From contig QPGO01000047.1 in assembly GCA_008632985.1 (NCBI GenBank), forward strand, positions 326,608 to 390,607: DNA of 64,000 nt, written 5' to 3'. Below the pieces are notes generated by a model. That model worked only from the letters and a program-made list of their open reading frames with translations. It did no database searches and had not been told where the DNA came from. Shown piece after piece: positions 62,688 to 64,000 of this stretch. Source of the stretch: Psammoneis japonica. Its lineage: Eukaryota. Each line of letters opens with the position of its first letter. Within the stretch, counting starts at the first letter, position 1. The position numbers and the translations under genes were made by a program.

Positions 62688-63304
62688 GGTGATGATGGAG
62701 ATGCAATGTCTTTGTTGCTTGTACCTTCAAAGAAATTGTGACAGCTTGAATCGATGCCTTTCGAAAGGCGCTCGGACAGTCGTCAGCACAAAGACACGTA
62801 GAATGTACGAGGAATCCCGGCAAAAAGAAAGTCTTGGCACCGTTTCACCATATGGTATACTAATATCGGGCTGGATATATGTATTGGCCGAAACCGACCT
62901 CTAACATCATGGTCACTACCGGTAAACATGTTCCGACATCATGGTGGTGTGTTGCGATCAATTCGGTTGCTTTTTTTCGACGATTTGAAAGATGATGTTT
63001 GTGTGAGGTCAAGAATGTTCATTTCCTACTTTGTCCTTCCTTCTGCCACGTAATTATGAATTTTCTTTCATTCAATTTCTTTATTTATTACTCTTTCTCT
63101 TCATACTGCCCGGTACTGTACTAACTGTACTGTCCTTACTGACGAGTTCGTCCACCTCTCTCCTCAAATCGCAGAGCGAGGCTCGAACCCGTCTAGCTAG
63201 TGGCCACAGATTGATACTCTTTTCGTTAACTATTGCAGTATCTATTAGCGCACTTGCATTATCTATTAGCTATGCATCTGTATTGAAGGGATGTAATGGT
63301 TGAC

Positions 63305-64000
63305 TCAATCCCCATCTCTATTCAAGTGTAAGCTCTTGTCGACTTTGTAATCCCAGTCCTTCGACCCCGTAACCCTCGCTAGTACGCCATGGACTTGCTC
63401 TGGCGTCGCTGTATTGGCAAGACATGCTGATACAATCAGTAGTCCACCAAGAGAGTCGTTCCATCCCAAACCTTCTCCTACCAAAACACTCGCAAAGAGA
63501 GCTGCCCATAGCGGCTCGGTTGCCAAAATAACAGACGCTTCTGCTGATGGCACGTGTCCCAAAGCAAAGTTCTCCAAAAAGAAATTGAGCGAAGTAGATA
63601 TCAATCCTGTCCACAAGACAGCGGCGCCCACGGTGGAGAGTCCAACCACAGCAGCGGCTCCGCCGTCTCCGTTATCAAACAGAACTTGAGGCAATGCCAT
63701 GCTCTGCCAGTCGAGTTGAAACATCCAGCCATCGGCGATACTCCAAAGCATGGAAACGAGTGCCGTCATGGCCACCATGACGGACGTGACTGGCAAGGCT
63801 TGATCTGGGTATCTCGTCATGGCTTTGCTACTAAGAAAGATACCAGCACCAAACCCAACCGCCTGACACATAGCCAAGGCGTGTCCCATGCTGATTCCCA
63901 TATCCAAAGCAGAGGCACCACCGTTTGGGTTCCACAATTCCAAGAAACCCACTCCCATGATGCAGAGAGCAGCAGCAATCCATGTTTGTGGAGCGTCTTT
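63305..64000 (-). CDS. EamA/DMT-family transporter (5' part outside the window)
   Basis: Multiple TM segments and VPSAEASVILATEPLWAALFA..VGEGLG...GGLLI. Confidence 0.85.
   Translation of the reverse strand, partial: KDAPQTWIAAALCIMGVGFLELWNPNGGASALDMGISMGHALAMCQAVGFGAGIFLSSKAMTRYPDQALPVTSVMVAMTALVSMLWSIADGWMFQLDWQSMALPQVLFDNGDGGAAAVVGLSTVGAAVLWTGLISTSLNFFLENFALGHVPSAEASVILATEPLWAALFASVLVGEGLGWNDSLGGLLIVSACLANTATPEQVHGVLARVTGSKDWDYKVDKSLHLNRDGD

Overview
Eukaryotic nuclear DNA with short GT-AG introns. It is most likely from a diatom, inferred from a CoDi-type Copia element, DIRS/Ngaro-like remnants and an RxL-containing secreted mucin. Apparently intact or near-intact genes encode a secreted repeat-domain protein, a soluble-type adenylyl cyclase, a membrane protein with an SH3/Tudor-like domain, a Thr/Pro-rich mucin, a GT10 fucosyltransferase, a TMEM131-like protein and an EamA transporter. 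These alternate with fairly sharply bounded blocks (about 10.7-12.9 kb, 17.8-34.8 kb, 39.3-46.0 kb, and more mildly 59.2-62.8 kb) in which TpA is almost erased and CpG is often depleted. Comparisons inside the window (two LTRs, three MITE copies, a three-unit tandem repeat, conserved protein motifs) show directional, strand-symmetric TpA->TpG/CpA change, i.e. A-to-G on either strand. It affects transposons and intron-containing host-gene copies (NDUFS8, PIG-W, PDK). This is the reverse of fungal RIP and is the candidate undescribed system here. The mutation pattern is seen directly; mechanism, function and novelty are inference, and no responsible enzyme is visible in the window. Coordinates of eroded elements are approximate and all counts were made by eye.
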